This document shows positions 18,985-27,218 of a DNA stretch of 27,218 nucleotides, in pieces. The notes beneath the pieces were generated by a model. It had not been told where the DNA came from. It worked only from the letters and a program-made list of their open reading frames with translations, and ran no database searches. Numbering within the stretch: position 1 is the first letter of the stretch; each line of letters begins with the position of its first letter. The DNA comes from Fibrobacteria bacterium (lineage in GTDB: Bacteria > Fibrobacterota > Fibrobacteria > UBA11236). A program made the translations under genes and the position numbers. The stretch lies in contig JBGTHM010000120.1 of the NCBI GenBank assembly GCA_041746255.1, positions 1 to 27,218 of the forward strand. Direction: 5' to 3'.

Positions 18985-20028
18985 TTAAAAGACAGTGAGC
19001 TTCCTTACGAACACATTACCGTTTGAGCTTTCCCTGTACCTGATGAGATACATACCCTTTTCCAGTCCTTGGGTTCTGACATCTCCCGCAAGCCCCGACT
19101 TAATCAGCCGTCCGGCGGTGGTATATATGGATACCGGCGATGACACGGAAACATTGGTAAAATGTATTCTATCCGATCCGCTTTCCGCCCATACCGAGGT
19201 AGTGTTGCCCGCAAGCCACTTGTTGATAGCTGATTCAAGCTTTTTGGGAGTACAGTCCTGGTCCCCATTCCCTTCGGGACCCCCGGTGAGCACATACCAG
19301 ACCATGCCGGCATCGGATGGATCAAAGTCGCCCTTTATGGGAGCGTAGTTGGTCGATTGGGTCGCCTGAGCGCGATCCCACAAAAACTTCACCCTGGGAT
19401 CGGCATGATCGCGAGCCCAGCTGTATTGACTGAAGGGCTTTTTGAGGTTGCCGTTCTGTTCATGAATTCTCACTTCAGCATTCCGCGCCATTCCGTCCAG
19501 CGCCAGAATGTCAGTCAAATTGTATTGCACACCTTTATCGTTATTGGGATGATGGGTGACGATACGGATGTATTGCCGTTTATTCTGCTGGGCAGCTTTT
19601 ACCGCCAGATAAATCATATCCGGCTCCCCCGCCTCAATAATCCATAACGGGCTGGCGGCGGTGGATGCGTTGATTTGCTCTGTCAAATGGGCGATAGACG
19701 CATTTTTTTGTGTGTGATAATTAAAAAAGGTGGATTTGTCGTAATTGCCCCACAGCTCGGCAGCGCCTTCCAGGCTTTCTTTCAGCATCTTTTCCCGTTT
19801 GGCCTCCTCGCTTCCGTTCCTGGAATCACATGCATAGGTAGCGTGTACCAGCCTGTCTTCCACGTTAAAAATACTCATCAGGGCTACTTGTACCGGAATG
19901 GCGGCAATGTCATCGGAATCCCTGTTATTGCCGTCATTGATAAAAGCGAACCTTCCCGGCGGAACAGAGAATACAGCGCTGGTCATAAAGACTGCTGTCA
20001 ACAATGCGACCCCTGTTTTGTAATTCAT
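18985..20028 (-). CDS. Secreted nucleoside-hydrolase-like (Asp-rich) protein with T9SS type-A-like CTD
   Basis: ATG at 20028 with AGGGGAG RBS; signal peptide; GRFAFINDGNNRDSDDIAA, PLWIIEAGEPD and DPSDAGMVWY; tail IYTTAGRLIK...LEKGMYLIR...VRKLTVF. Confidence 0.75.
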   Translation of the reverse strand: MNYKTGVALLTAVFMTSAVFSVPPGRFAFINDGNNRDSDDIAAIPVQVALMSIFNVEDRLVHATYACDSRNGSEEAKREKMLKESLEGAAELWGNYDKSTFFNYHTQKNASIAHLTEQINASTAASPLWIIEAGEPDMIYLAVKAAQQNKRQYIRIVTHHPNNDKGVQYNLTDILALDGMARNAEVRIHEQNGNLKKPFSQYSWARDHADPRVKFLWDRAQATQSTNYAPIKGDFDPSDAGMVWYVLTGGPEGNGDQDCTPKKLESAINKWLAGNTTSVWAESGSDRIHFTNVSVSSPVSIYTTAGRLIKSGLAGDVRTQGLEKGMYLIRYRESSNGNVFVRKLTVF

Positions 20029-20131
20029 CTCTTCTCCCCTTTGTTGGTTATTTATCCTATTAAAGTCGCGCCTGATCATCGTCCCTTACGCGCATTATTC
20101 AAGCTGGTCTCCACGGAATAACTTATCAATC

Positions 20132-21556
20132 CTATTCCAGCAGGATCCCGGAAGCTTTGGTAAGGGGAATTTCATGCAGCATTTTGCCCTGAAGGTCCCG
20201 GATGATCAGTTTATCGGTGTTTGACGGTAGGGTCACTTGTATGGAATTGCGTAAACGGTTGATCACCGGGTGAGCTGAAGTCCGGAAATGCCTGATTGAG
20301 GCGATAGCTACGGTATTTTTCTTTTTGTAAGCCATCTGAGCCTGATACAGGTTTTTGGGTTCCAGCTTTGCGGGATCGATTTTTTCATGGATATGCTTGT
20401 AGGTTTTGGCGTCCCATTTATAGGAATCCTTGTCGTTGGTATTCATGCCCACCGTAATGTTTGACATGCCCAGGGGGGCATTGATGGGGTTGGCGCTCCG
20501 GATATTCCAATAGACCTCGCCAAAAGTGCTGCCGGTGAGGCCTTTGAAGTTCGTAGCCTTATTCTCGGGCTCATTGGACTGGGCATTGTTCGCCCAAGCG
20601 CCGGCGCCGCTACCCAGATCGATATTGGTCCACAAATTTGTGGAGCTCTGCTGCATGTCCTTATTATAGTGATGGTCCATGTGAATGTTTTGTCCTTGGC
20701 AATTGGAAAAAACATTGTGATGCACGCCTCCCCCAAGGGATAGTTCATGGATAAACGCCATACTGAAATCGATATTTTCCACCAGGCAGTTGAACGAATC
20801 TTCGTACAAGGCGACCCCATGGTGACCGGCGATGCCCTTGCGGTTGCTTTCCCCCTCAAAAAGGATATCCGTAACTGTCAGATTATTCGAGCCGGCGATT
20901 CTCATGCCGTAATCCGTGTTGATGATGCGAACGTTTTTGACCCAACCGTTTTTCACCCCGGTTATCAAAAAACCGTTGTAACCTCTTTCGAGGTGATGTC
21001 TCCTCCACTTGACATTCGGAAATTTCAAGGTGAGGGTTTCGACCCCCTTCTCCTCGCCTCCCGGCATGATTAGATACGCGTTTCTACCATAAGCATGCCA
21101 GCTGACTTGCACGCCCTGGTGAATGCGTCCTACGTAAGGATTTGGATACAAGTCCTCCAACTCGATGGGAAAATAAAGCACGGTTTGATCGCGGCTTTGT
21201 CCCCTGAGGGAAATGCTTTTTCCGATATGGATGGTGTCTTTGATGACGTATACCCCATCGGGAATGTATACCGAGGTCAACGCTTTTGCGGCGACAATGG
21301 CTTTTCGAAAAGCCGCTGCGTTATCGGTTTTGCCGTCCCCCACGGCTCCGAAGTCCTTGACATTGACCGAGACGGGATATTCTGGAATGGGTTTCAGGCC
21401 TTCCTGGTAACCCGCCTTGGTAAAATCAGGCAGGATTTCAGGATTCCATTTCTCCCCATTCACGCCCCACAAGGTGGAATGTTGCTGTGGAAAGGCGTTG
21501 GAAATCATGAATATTCCCAACAACACCAAGGGTAGCCAAAAATTTTCGGAGCGCAT
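20132..21556 (-). CDS. Right-handed beta-helix protein (Pectate_lyase_3 / GH28-related superfamily), putative polysaccharide lyase or hydrolase
   Basis: LPDFTKAGY, VNVKDFGAVGDGKTDNAAAFRKAI, VYIPDGVY, plus His-rich motifs (HHLERGYNG, GHHG, FIHEL, MDHH) and a partial CTD (IRDLQGK). Confidence 0.85.
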   Translation of the reverse strand: MRSENFWLPLVLLGIFMISNAFPQQHSTLWGVNGEKWNPEILPDFTKAGYQEGLKPIPEYPVSVNVKDFGAVGDGKTDNAAAFRKAIVAAKALTSVYIPDGVYVIKDTIHIGKSISLRGQSRDQTVLYFPIELEDLYPNPYVGRIHQGVQVSWHAYGRNAYLIMPGGEEKGVETLTLKFPNVKWRRHHLERGYNGFLITGVKNGWVKNVRIINTDYGMRIAGSNNLTVTDILFEGESNRKGIAGHHGVALYEDSFNCLVENIDFSMAFIHELSLGGGVHHNVFSNCQGQNIHMDHHYNKDMQQSSTNLWTNIDLGSGAGAWANNAQSNEPENKATNFKGLTGSTFGEVYWNIRSANPINAPLGMSNITVGMNTNDKDSYKWDAKTYKHIHEKIDPAKLEPKNLYQAQMAYKKKNTVAIASIRHFRTSAHPVINRLRNSIQVTLPSNTDKLIIRDLQGKMLHEIPLTKASGILLE

Positions 21557-21576
21557 GATAGTCCTTTGGGATCGGG

Positions 21577-23622
21577 TTATAGTTTACCTGTGGTACGGAC
21601 GAAGTAGATTCCCCTCTTCATTCCCCGGAGGGAGAGCGCTTGTCGTCCCGTACCGGCCGCCTTGAAATTCCGCACGATTTCACCACGGGAGTTATAAAGC
21701 TCAACATGGGCATCCCGACCCTCCGTCACATTGATCACGAGATCCTGACCCGTATAGACAAAGGGCGTCATCTTCGCGAGCGCGGGATTCCGCACCGCGG
21801 GGATTCCCGCCTGCAAATGGGTAGTGTTTTCATTAAGGACCAAAACCGTCCAATCCTGCGTAGCCTCTCCCGGAGGCGTACCCAGGGAAACCGTGCCGCC
21901 ACCCGCAACCTTGGTTTTACTGCCGGCCTGCATTTCTCCGCCCTCGCGGGGGTTGTACCACCCCACCGAATAGTTTCCGGCGGGCAGCGCAATTTGGGGA
22001 CTGCCGCCGTTTTGCAAATAGAGGATGTAGGCTTCGCCGTTGCTCTTGAGGCTCCACCCTCCGCTCACAAATTTATCATCCGGGTCCAGTTTCGGTATCA
22101 CGCTCCTGGGAACATAGGTCGAAAAAAAATGGGCGCCGATACTCCCGGCTTTATGATAATCCAAGAACGGCCGGTAATCCTCGACGGTAAGATCCCCTCT
22201 CGCCCCGATATACAGTTCGGAACCCGCTCCTCCCGCCATAAACGTGCCCCAAACGATATTCTTTCTCCAAACCGTCTTGTCACCCGTTAACGAGCCGATA
22301 TAGGGCTCATCCATTGTGCATACCCACTTATGTCCGGAGGCATTGGAAGCGTTCCGCCAATGCAAAACCCTTTCGTGTATGTCCCTATTGTAATGCCATT
22401 GTTGCGCCGGTCCGGTAAAGGACGGGTGCCCAATCAGAGCCTGGAATATATTATCGTCCGATGAGGGCCCGTTGTGAATGGTGATGTGGTCCCGGTAATA
22501 GGCCAGCGCTTGCATCCGGTCGGAAAAGTCCTTGCGCTGCTGATCGGTATTGCCCAAGTCATACGGGGCGGGTTTACTCCACCCATTCTCTTCGCCGAGG
22601 TTCCAGCTGATGGCCATGTGATGCCCGAATCGCGCCACCAACTCCCGGTAATAGATTTTGCGGCTTATACCGAATCCGCCCGCTTTGCCGTCATCCTTTA
22701 TCTCGAAAAACGCTTCGTTCTCCGTTTCGGTGGTGACGAAATGGAGCATCATACCTTTTCGGTCGAAATGCTCGAAAACGATTTCCCATTGGTCCAGCTT
22801 GGAGACGTCATACCGGAACCGGTCTTCGGCGGCTAGCCAAGGCCAGGCTTTCTTGCCGTCTCCATGGGTATTCATGGTTAGGAAATAAATCGCGTTGATG
22901 CCGATGCTGGAGAGATAATTGACGACGCCGATGATGCCCTTGCCTTGCCCGTTCTTCCAAGTGGGGTCGCCGGCGGACCAGTCCTTGACATGGCTGGAAT
23001 AAAGCCGATCCGATGGGGTGTTGTCGAATTCCTTGTATTCCAGAAAGACTTCGGGGCTGTTCGCGCCGGCCTTGAAGAAGTACTCCTTGGAGCCGCGGAA
23101 TTGCAGATAGTGTTCGCCCACATACTCCAGTTTCCCCTTGGCCCGCAAATCCTTGCCCGTCTTGTCGCTGGCGCCGACGATGAATGTGCCCTGGGCATCA
23201 TGGAAAAATCCGGCGGGGGTGCCGCCGGTCAATTCCGCGGCGATATTCTTACCGGAGACGAACGCTGCCTTGAATTTCCATTCTCCTATTGCATCGGGAG
23301 GAAAATTGACCCGCCATTTGTTGCCGGAGGTGGCGCCGCTCTCCCCCGCATTCCCGTCGGCGGCATAATAGCCGGGGACCAAATAGCTTTGCCCGGCGGG
23401 TCCGGTAAAGGTCACATCCACGCGATAATCCGTGTAGGGATTGGGGTTAGCCGTTTCCGAGGTGGCGGGGCCGTCGAAGGTCAGCTCAACCTTATGCCAT
23501 ACCTTGAGTTCGCCGCCGATTTTCACGGCCTGGGAATGCGCGGCCATCGGTAGGCCTAGGACGATAGCAAATAAAACGGTGCGCACTGAAAGGCTAAAGG
23601 CGCTGGGAAAAATTGATGGCAT
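21577..23622 (-). CDS. DUF5060 domain protein (putative glycoside hydrolase TIM barrel + collagen-bind_2-like domain + T9SS-like CTD)
   Basis: GELKVWHKVELTFDGP..SET..PNPYTDYR, VPGYYAADG, YDVSKLDQW, TETENE, WNLGEEN and YSVGWYNPREGG; tail LYNSRGEIV...GIYFVR. Confidence 0.88.
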   Translation of the reverse strand: MPSIFPSAFSLSVRTVLFAIVLGLPMAAHSQAVKIGGELKVWHKVELTFDGPATSETANPNPYTDYRVDVTFTGPAGQSYLVPGYYAADGNAGESGATSGNKWRVNFPPDAIGEWKFKAAFVSGKNIAAELTGGTPAGFFHDAQGTFIVGASDKTGKDLRAKGKLEYVGEHYLQFRGSKEYFFKAGANSPEVFLEYKEFDNTPSDRLYSSHVKDWSAGDPTWKNGQGKGIIGVVNYLSSIGINAIYFLTMNTHGDGKKAWPWLAAEDRFRYDVSKLDQWEIVFEHFDRKGMMLHFVTTETENEAFFEIKDDGKAGGFGISRKIYYRELVARFGHHMAISWNLGEENGWSKPAPYDLGNTDQQRKDFSDRMQALAYYRDHITIHNGPSSDDNIFQALIGHPSFTGPAQQWHYNRDIHERVLHWRNASNASGHKWVCTMDEPYIGSLTGDKTVWRKNIVWGTFMAGGAGSELYIGARGDLTVEDYRPFLDYHKAGSIGAHFFSTYVPRSVIPKLDPDDKFVSGGWSLKSNGEAYILYLQNGGSPQIALPAGNYSVGWYNPREGGEMQAGSKTKVAGGGTVSLGTPPGEATQDWTVLVLNENTTHLQAGIPAVRNPALAKMTPFVYTGQDLVINVTEGRDAHVELYNSRGEIVRNFKAAGTGRQALSLRGMKRGIYFVRTTGKL

Positions 23623-23749
23623 AATAATACTCCAATCTGAAACAGGGGAAAAAAACCAATCCTGATTCAGCCAAATTGACGTAATCGCTTCTCATTCTGC
23701 TCGTGGACCCCGCACTCCGGTTATCAACCGGATGATTCCAATGTTTGCT

Positions 23750-24565
23750 TCAGCGTTGATCGGGGGCACCCAGGTATACTCCTAATGCCGGCCTATCGGC
23801 ACTGAAACCGTTGGCTGTGCCGGCAGCTTGCCCGGTGGTCACTACCCTGCCGTCTACCGTCATCAAGGTGAGTCCGTGCACTCCTCGACCGACACCAATC
23901 CTGGGAGTAGCCTCACGGCCGTTCACAGGCGAAATCCCCAACCCGGAGGTACCCTCGCCCAATGCTTCTGATTTGGCGGCGGCCGTGGTCATGACCAAGG
24001 CATTGACATTGGTTCGTTGCGCGCGACCGGACATGGTCACGGTGTAGGTCTCACCCGCCTTGAATACGTACGTAGCGGAAAATTTTGCATGGTTGACGTC
24101 GATGGATTTATCACCGGACCATTTACAATATTCATGGTGACCAGCGTAATGTTTGTTATCCTTTTTCAAGACGTCCAGCGATGGCGCTCCTTTTCCAGGC
24201 GAAAAATTACCCGCTACCCTGATATACACATCGTTACTTTTATCCATCGGCTGACCCTGGAGGTTTTTATAAATATGCAAGTGCAGAGAGTATTCTCCGG
24301 CAGTCGTTATTTTGAACTTATAATCCAGCGGCTGTGCGGGAGGTCCCTTGCCGGGGTCATTACAGGTCATCTCCAGCGCACCCTTGCCGGTATAACCGTT
24401 GGGTTTGGTTAGTTTCCAGCATTTGCCAAGGGAGGATTCGGTATCCTCCGCCTCCATCATGACGAAACCCTTTCCATTTTCCTCCCAAACCTTTTGCGCG
24501 TAGAGAGAGGGCGCCGTGAGCAGGAGCGCGGTAACACACGGGTACAAAATTTTATGGCGTTTCAT
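23750..24565 (-). CDS. Secreted beta-sandwich (CBM-like) protein, paralog A
   Basis: Signal peptide; GFVMMEAE, PLDYKFKITTAGEY, DKSNDVYIRVAGNF and YVFKAGETY; short tail TVDGRVV...LGVYL. Confidence 0.8.
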   Translation of the reverse strand: MKRHKILYPCVTALLLTAPSLYAQKVWEENGKGFVMMEAEDTESSLGKCWKLTKPNGYTGKGALEMTCNDPGKGPPAQPLDYKFKITTAGEYSLHLHIYKNLQGQPMDKSNDVYIRVAGNFSPGKGAPSLDVLKKDNKHYAGHHEYCKWSGDKSIDVNHAKFSATYVFKAGETYTVTMSGRAQRTNVNALVMTTAAAKSEALGEGTSGLGISPVNGREATPRIGVGRGVHGLTLMTVDGRVVTTGQAAGTANGFSADRPALGVYLGAPDQR

Positions 24566-24663
24566 AGTTCAATATCCTTTCAGTAATCCGGATTCAATTT
24601 GATGGGGATCAGTACTTCCAAGCTGTGGAAATATTTCGTTCCGAGCAATGTTCACATCTACCC

Positions 24664-25599
24664 CTAGAATGCCATGAAGGATTGTCGGATGGTGGTGTTA
24701 TTCATCCGCAATTCGCTGATATACATTCCGTTGGTCACTCTGTTTCCCGCGAAGTCGGTTTTATCCCAACTGATGGAGTTCGTCTTCGTCGAAAGTTGTT
24801 TGATGGCGTTCCCACGCAGGTCATAAATCACCAGCACGGCGCCTTTTTCCACCAAAGCATCAACCTCGGTAACTTCGAAGCGGATAAATTGGCTACCGCG
24901 ATGGGCTACAAGCTTGGGCGTTGACAAATGTGATTGGGTGGGGGTCAGCATGAAGGTGGGATTTCCACCGGTGGAAGACTCCGGCGTTCCCTCCGCTTGG
25001 CCTTTTGCTTGGCCCTCGGAGGTTGCGAAAAGGATGCGATCAATAACGACATCTTGCGCTCGAGCGGAAATGAACAAGTCGTAGGTTTCACCGCTTTTGA
25101 AGGTGTATTTAGCTTCCATTTTCTTGTGACTGACATCAAGCATACCGTTGTTCCAGGCATAAGAATTGGGGCTACCGCCAAAATACTTATTATCTCCCTT
25201 CAAGATGCCCGTGGAAGCGCTGCCACCCGTGGTGAAGTCGCCCGCGACCCGCACATAGACATCGTTGCTTTTGTCACTCTCACTTTTGGTTCTTGCGAAA
25301 TCCTTCCACATTTTCATGTATAAGGTGTATACACCCCCGGTATTGATTTTAAAAGAGTATTTAAGGGGATTTTTTGCGGAACCCGTGCCGGGATTATTGC
25401 ATTTCGCCTGCCTTAGCGCCTTGCCGCCCTCGGGGTTTTTCTGAGTTTCCACGGTCCAGCACTGGCTGTGGTCCGTTTCCGTGTTTTCCATTTCCATCAG
25501 CACATAGCCGCCCGCTTCTTGATAAACGGCGGCGGAGAGGTTGGTAAATCCCGCCGTGCATAACAGGGAAAACATGGCAAGGTTAGTTATGGGTTTCAT
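24664..25599 (-). CDS. Secreted beta-sandwich (CBM-like) protein, paralog B, with FlgD-Ig/T9SS-like CTD
   Basis: GYVLMEME, PLKYSFKINTGGVY, DKSNDVYVRVAGDF and YTFKSGETY; tail IYDLRGNAIK...WDKTDFAGNRVTNGMY. Confidence 0.8.
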   Translation of the reverse strand: MKPITNLAMFSLLCTAGFTNLSAAVYQEAGGYVLMEMENTETDHSQCWTVETQKNPEGGKALRQAKCNNPGTGSAKNPLKYSFKINTGGVYTLYMKMWKDFARTKSESDKSNDVYVRVAGDFTTGGSASTGILKGDNKYFGGSPNSYAWNNGMLDVSHKKMEAKYTFKSGETYDLFISARAQDVVIDRILFATSEGQAKGQAEGTPESSTGGNPTFMLTPTQSHLSTPKLVAHRGSQFIRFEVTEVDALVEKGAVLVIYDLRGNAIKQLSTKTNSISWDKTDFAGNRVTNGMYISELRMNNTTIRQSFMAF

Positions 25600-25699
25600 A
25601 TTCTACTCAATCGAATTTGGTGTTCTCTGCAATATCTGATTGCCGGAATAAATTTGAGCAATGTTCGCAAAATTTAGCCTTATCGGTATTTTGAAAGTA

Positions 25700-25824
25700 C
25701 CGCGTTTGCCATTCCGGTGGTTAAAGAATCAAGCGGAGTGAGGAGAAATCGTTTAGCTCACAAAACGATTTGATGCGGAGAACTGGGCGCCAGACCGGCG
25801 TCAGACCCGCTGCAGGGAAGCTGC
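25700..25824. repeat. Conserved non-coding element, copy 2
   Basis: Direct repeat of 13338-13452, with an extra 11-nt tandem unit (GGCGCCAGACC GGCGTCAGACC). Confidence 0.9.
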
Positions 25825-26062
25825 GAGTCATTTCTATTCCACGGGAGATGTAATTTGTCTGATCGGAAACCTGGTACTACCATGCGGTTTCGGGAAATCG
25901 GTGAGATTGGGATTCTTGGACTATTTTCTGGAATTGGAGAATGTCTCATTTCCCTAAACCCATCTTTGGAAAACTCTCAAACCATTGATGGGGAAGACAA
26001 AGCGGGGCAGGGAATACGATTTTATGCGCCAAAAAGTGAAGGCGTCCTGATGTAATGATACT

Positions 26063-27141
26063 TTAATGAGGCACATAGGGAGCAACCCGTCCACCTCCGC
26101 CCGTGCTGATATTATGGTTTTTACGGTAAGCGTTCCATTTTGAAATCATGCTTGCCAGAATCTCAGGTTCTTGTTTCGATAAATCTTTATTTTCGGTGAT
26201 ATCCGTTTCCAGGTTATAAAGTTCCCACTGGTCATTTTTAAATGATGTAATCTTCCAATTTCCTGATATCATGGATTCTTCACCTTTCAAATGAGCAACT
26301 ATGGCCTCGTGGGGCGCAATAGGTTTACCTTCGAAAAGAGGGACCAGAGATTTTCCCTCAAGAGGTGGAAGGGAAGCAAATTTACCAGGATATTTCCAAC
26401 CAGCCAATTCATTGATTGTGGGCATTAAATCGATGATTTGCCCGGAAAAGGTTTTTTCAATTTTTTTATCAGAAACTATCACATTGGGCCACCAGGCAAA
26501 AAACGGAGTGCATATACCGCCGTTATGTTGATTGAATTTATAATGACGAAACGGGGTGTTGCCGAGGTTGGCCCAGCCCGAACCCCTTTGCCAGTTTGAA
26601 CCGGGGGCATTTAGCTGCCCCCCCCTGTGAGACTCTCCATCGGAACCATTATCGCTCAGGAACATGAAAAGTGTATTGTCGTACATATCCAGTTCTTTCA
26701 GTTTGGCCATCATCCGGCCCACATTTTGATCCACATTATCCATCATGCCGGCATACACGGCCATGACATGATCTTCAATGTCCTGCTCTCTGGATCCCAG
26801 ATCTTTCCAGGCGGGGATGCCGGGTGTCCTGGGTGATAGAATTGATGGGGGATCAATCAATCCCATGTTTACCTGTCTATCAAAACGTTCCTGCCTCAAT
26901 ACATCCCAACCCTTGGCTTTATATTTGCCACGATATATGGCTACATCCTTAGCCAAAGCATGCAGGGGATTATGTGGCGCGTTGAGGGCAAAGTAAAGGA
27001 AAATGGGTTTGCTAGGGTTCTTTTGCTTTTCTTCTTCCAGAAATTTCATGGCAAAATCGGTGTTTTTATCCGTCAGATACCAGTCACCCGCAGGCTTGCT
27101 AAAGGGCTTTCCATCCAGATGAAACTGCCTCATGGAGGGTG
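26063..27141 (-). pseudogene. C-terminal part of an S1 sulfatase (paralog of 16747-18855), interrupted at its 5' side by an IS end
   Basis: Aligns with the 742-aa sulfatase from FHLDGKPFSKPAGDWYLTD onward. It lacks the PN..DD motif, the catalytic Cys motif and GKWH, and homology stops where the repeats begin. Confidence 0.85.
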
Positions 27142-27218
27142 TGCAAAATCCGGTTCATGGTGACCGGCTAATCCGATTCAAAGTGACCGGCCGATCCGGT
27201 TCAAGATGACCGGTTCGG
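27142..27218. mobile_element. IS21-family terminal region (TG start plus three ~23-bp direct repeats), truncated by the window end
   Basis: TGCAAA then ATCCGGTTCATGGTGACCGGCTA / ATCCGATTCAAAGTGACCGGCCG / ATCCGGTTCAAGATGACCGGTTC. This matches the TG-initiated, multi-repeat 'TCCGG...GTGACC' architecture of IS21 ends. Confidence 0.8.

Noticed and set aside
23716..23732. TCCGGTT-ATC-AACCGGA palindrome and other CCGGA-containing intergenic motifs (13250, 16617, 24586) as a shared operator
   Set aside because: CCGG(A) is frequent throughout the coding sequence too and the spacing is inconsistent. It cannot be separated from background without a statistical test.
27148..27218. Three direct repeats as a mini-CRISPR array or iterons
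   Set aside because: The units are contiguous and degenerate with no unique spacers, and no cas or rep gene is nearby. The TG-start multi-repeat pattern fits an IS21 end.

Overview
Bacterial DNA, most likely from a Fibrobacterota-like organism. This is an inference from the many T9SS-type/Fibrobacter-style sorting tails and 'ALAKRSA'-type linkers. The left half (1-13.2 kb) is mixed chromosomal content: a lipoprotein with at least 8 Big_2 Ig-like repeats that is absent from the ORF track and runs off the left edge, its membrane-anchored neighbour, two small proteins, a DUF3618/phage-holin-like stress triad, a SAM methyltransferase, thiC with a TPP riboswitch, an FG-GAP protein and a GSDH-family beta-propeller. 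The right half (14.5-27.1 kb) is a co-oriented minus-strand cluster of predicted exported enzymes, probably for sulfated glycans: three S1 sulfatases (two with non-canonical formylglycine motifs, one cut by an IS21-type end at the right edge), a nucleoside-hydrolase-like protein, a beta-helix protein, a DUF5060 protein and two tandem paralogous beta-sandwich proteins. The most unusual signals are a duplicated ~120 bp non-coding element at nearly identical distance upstream of two secreted-protein genes, T9SS-like sorting domains embedded near the N-terminus of two sulfatases, and a collapsed multi-deletion pseudogene.
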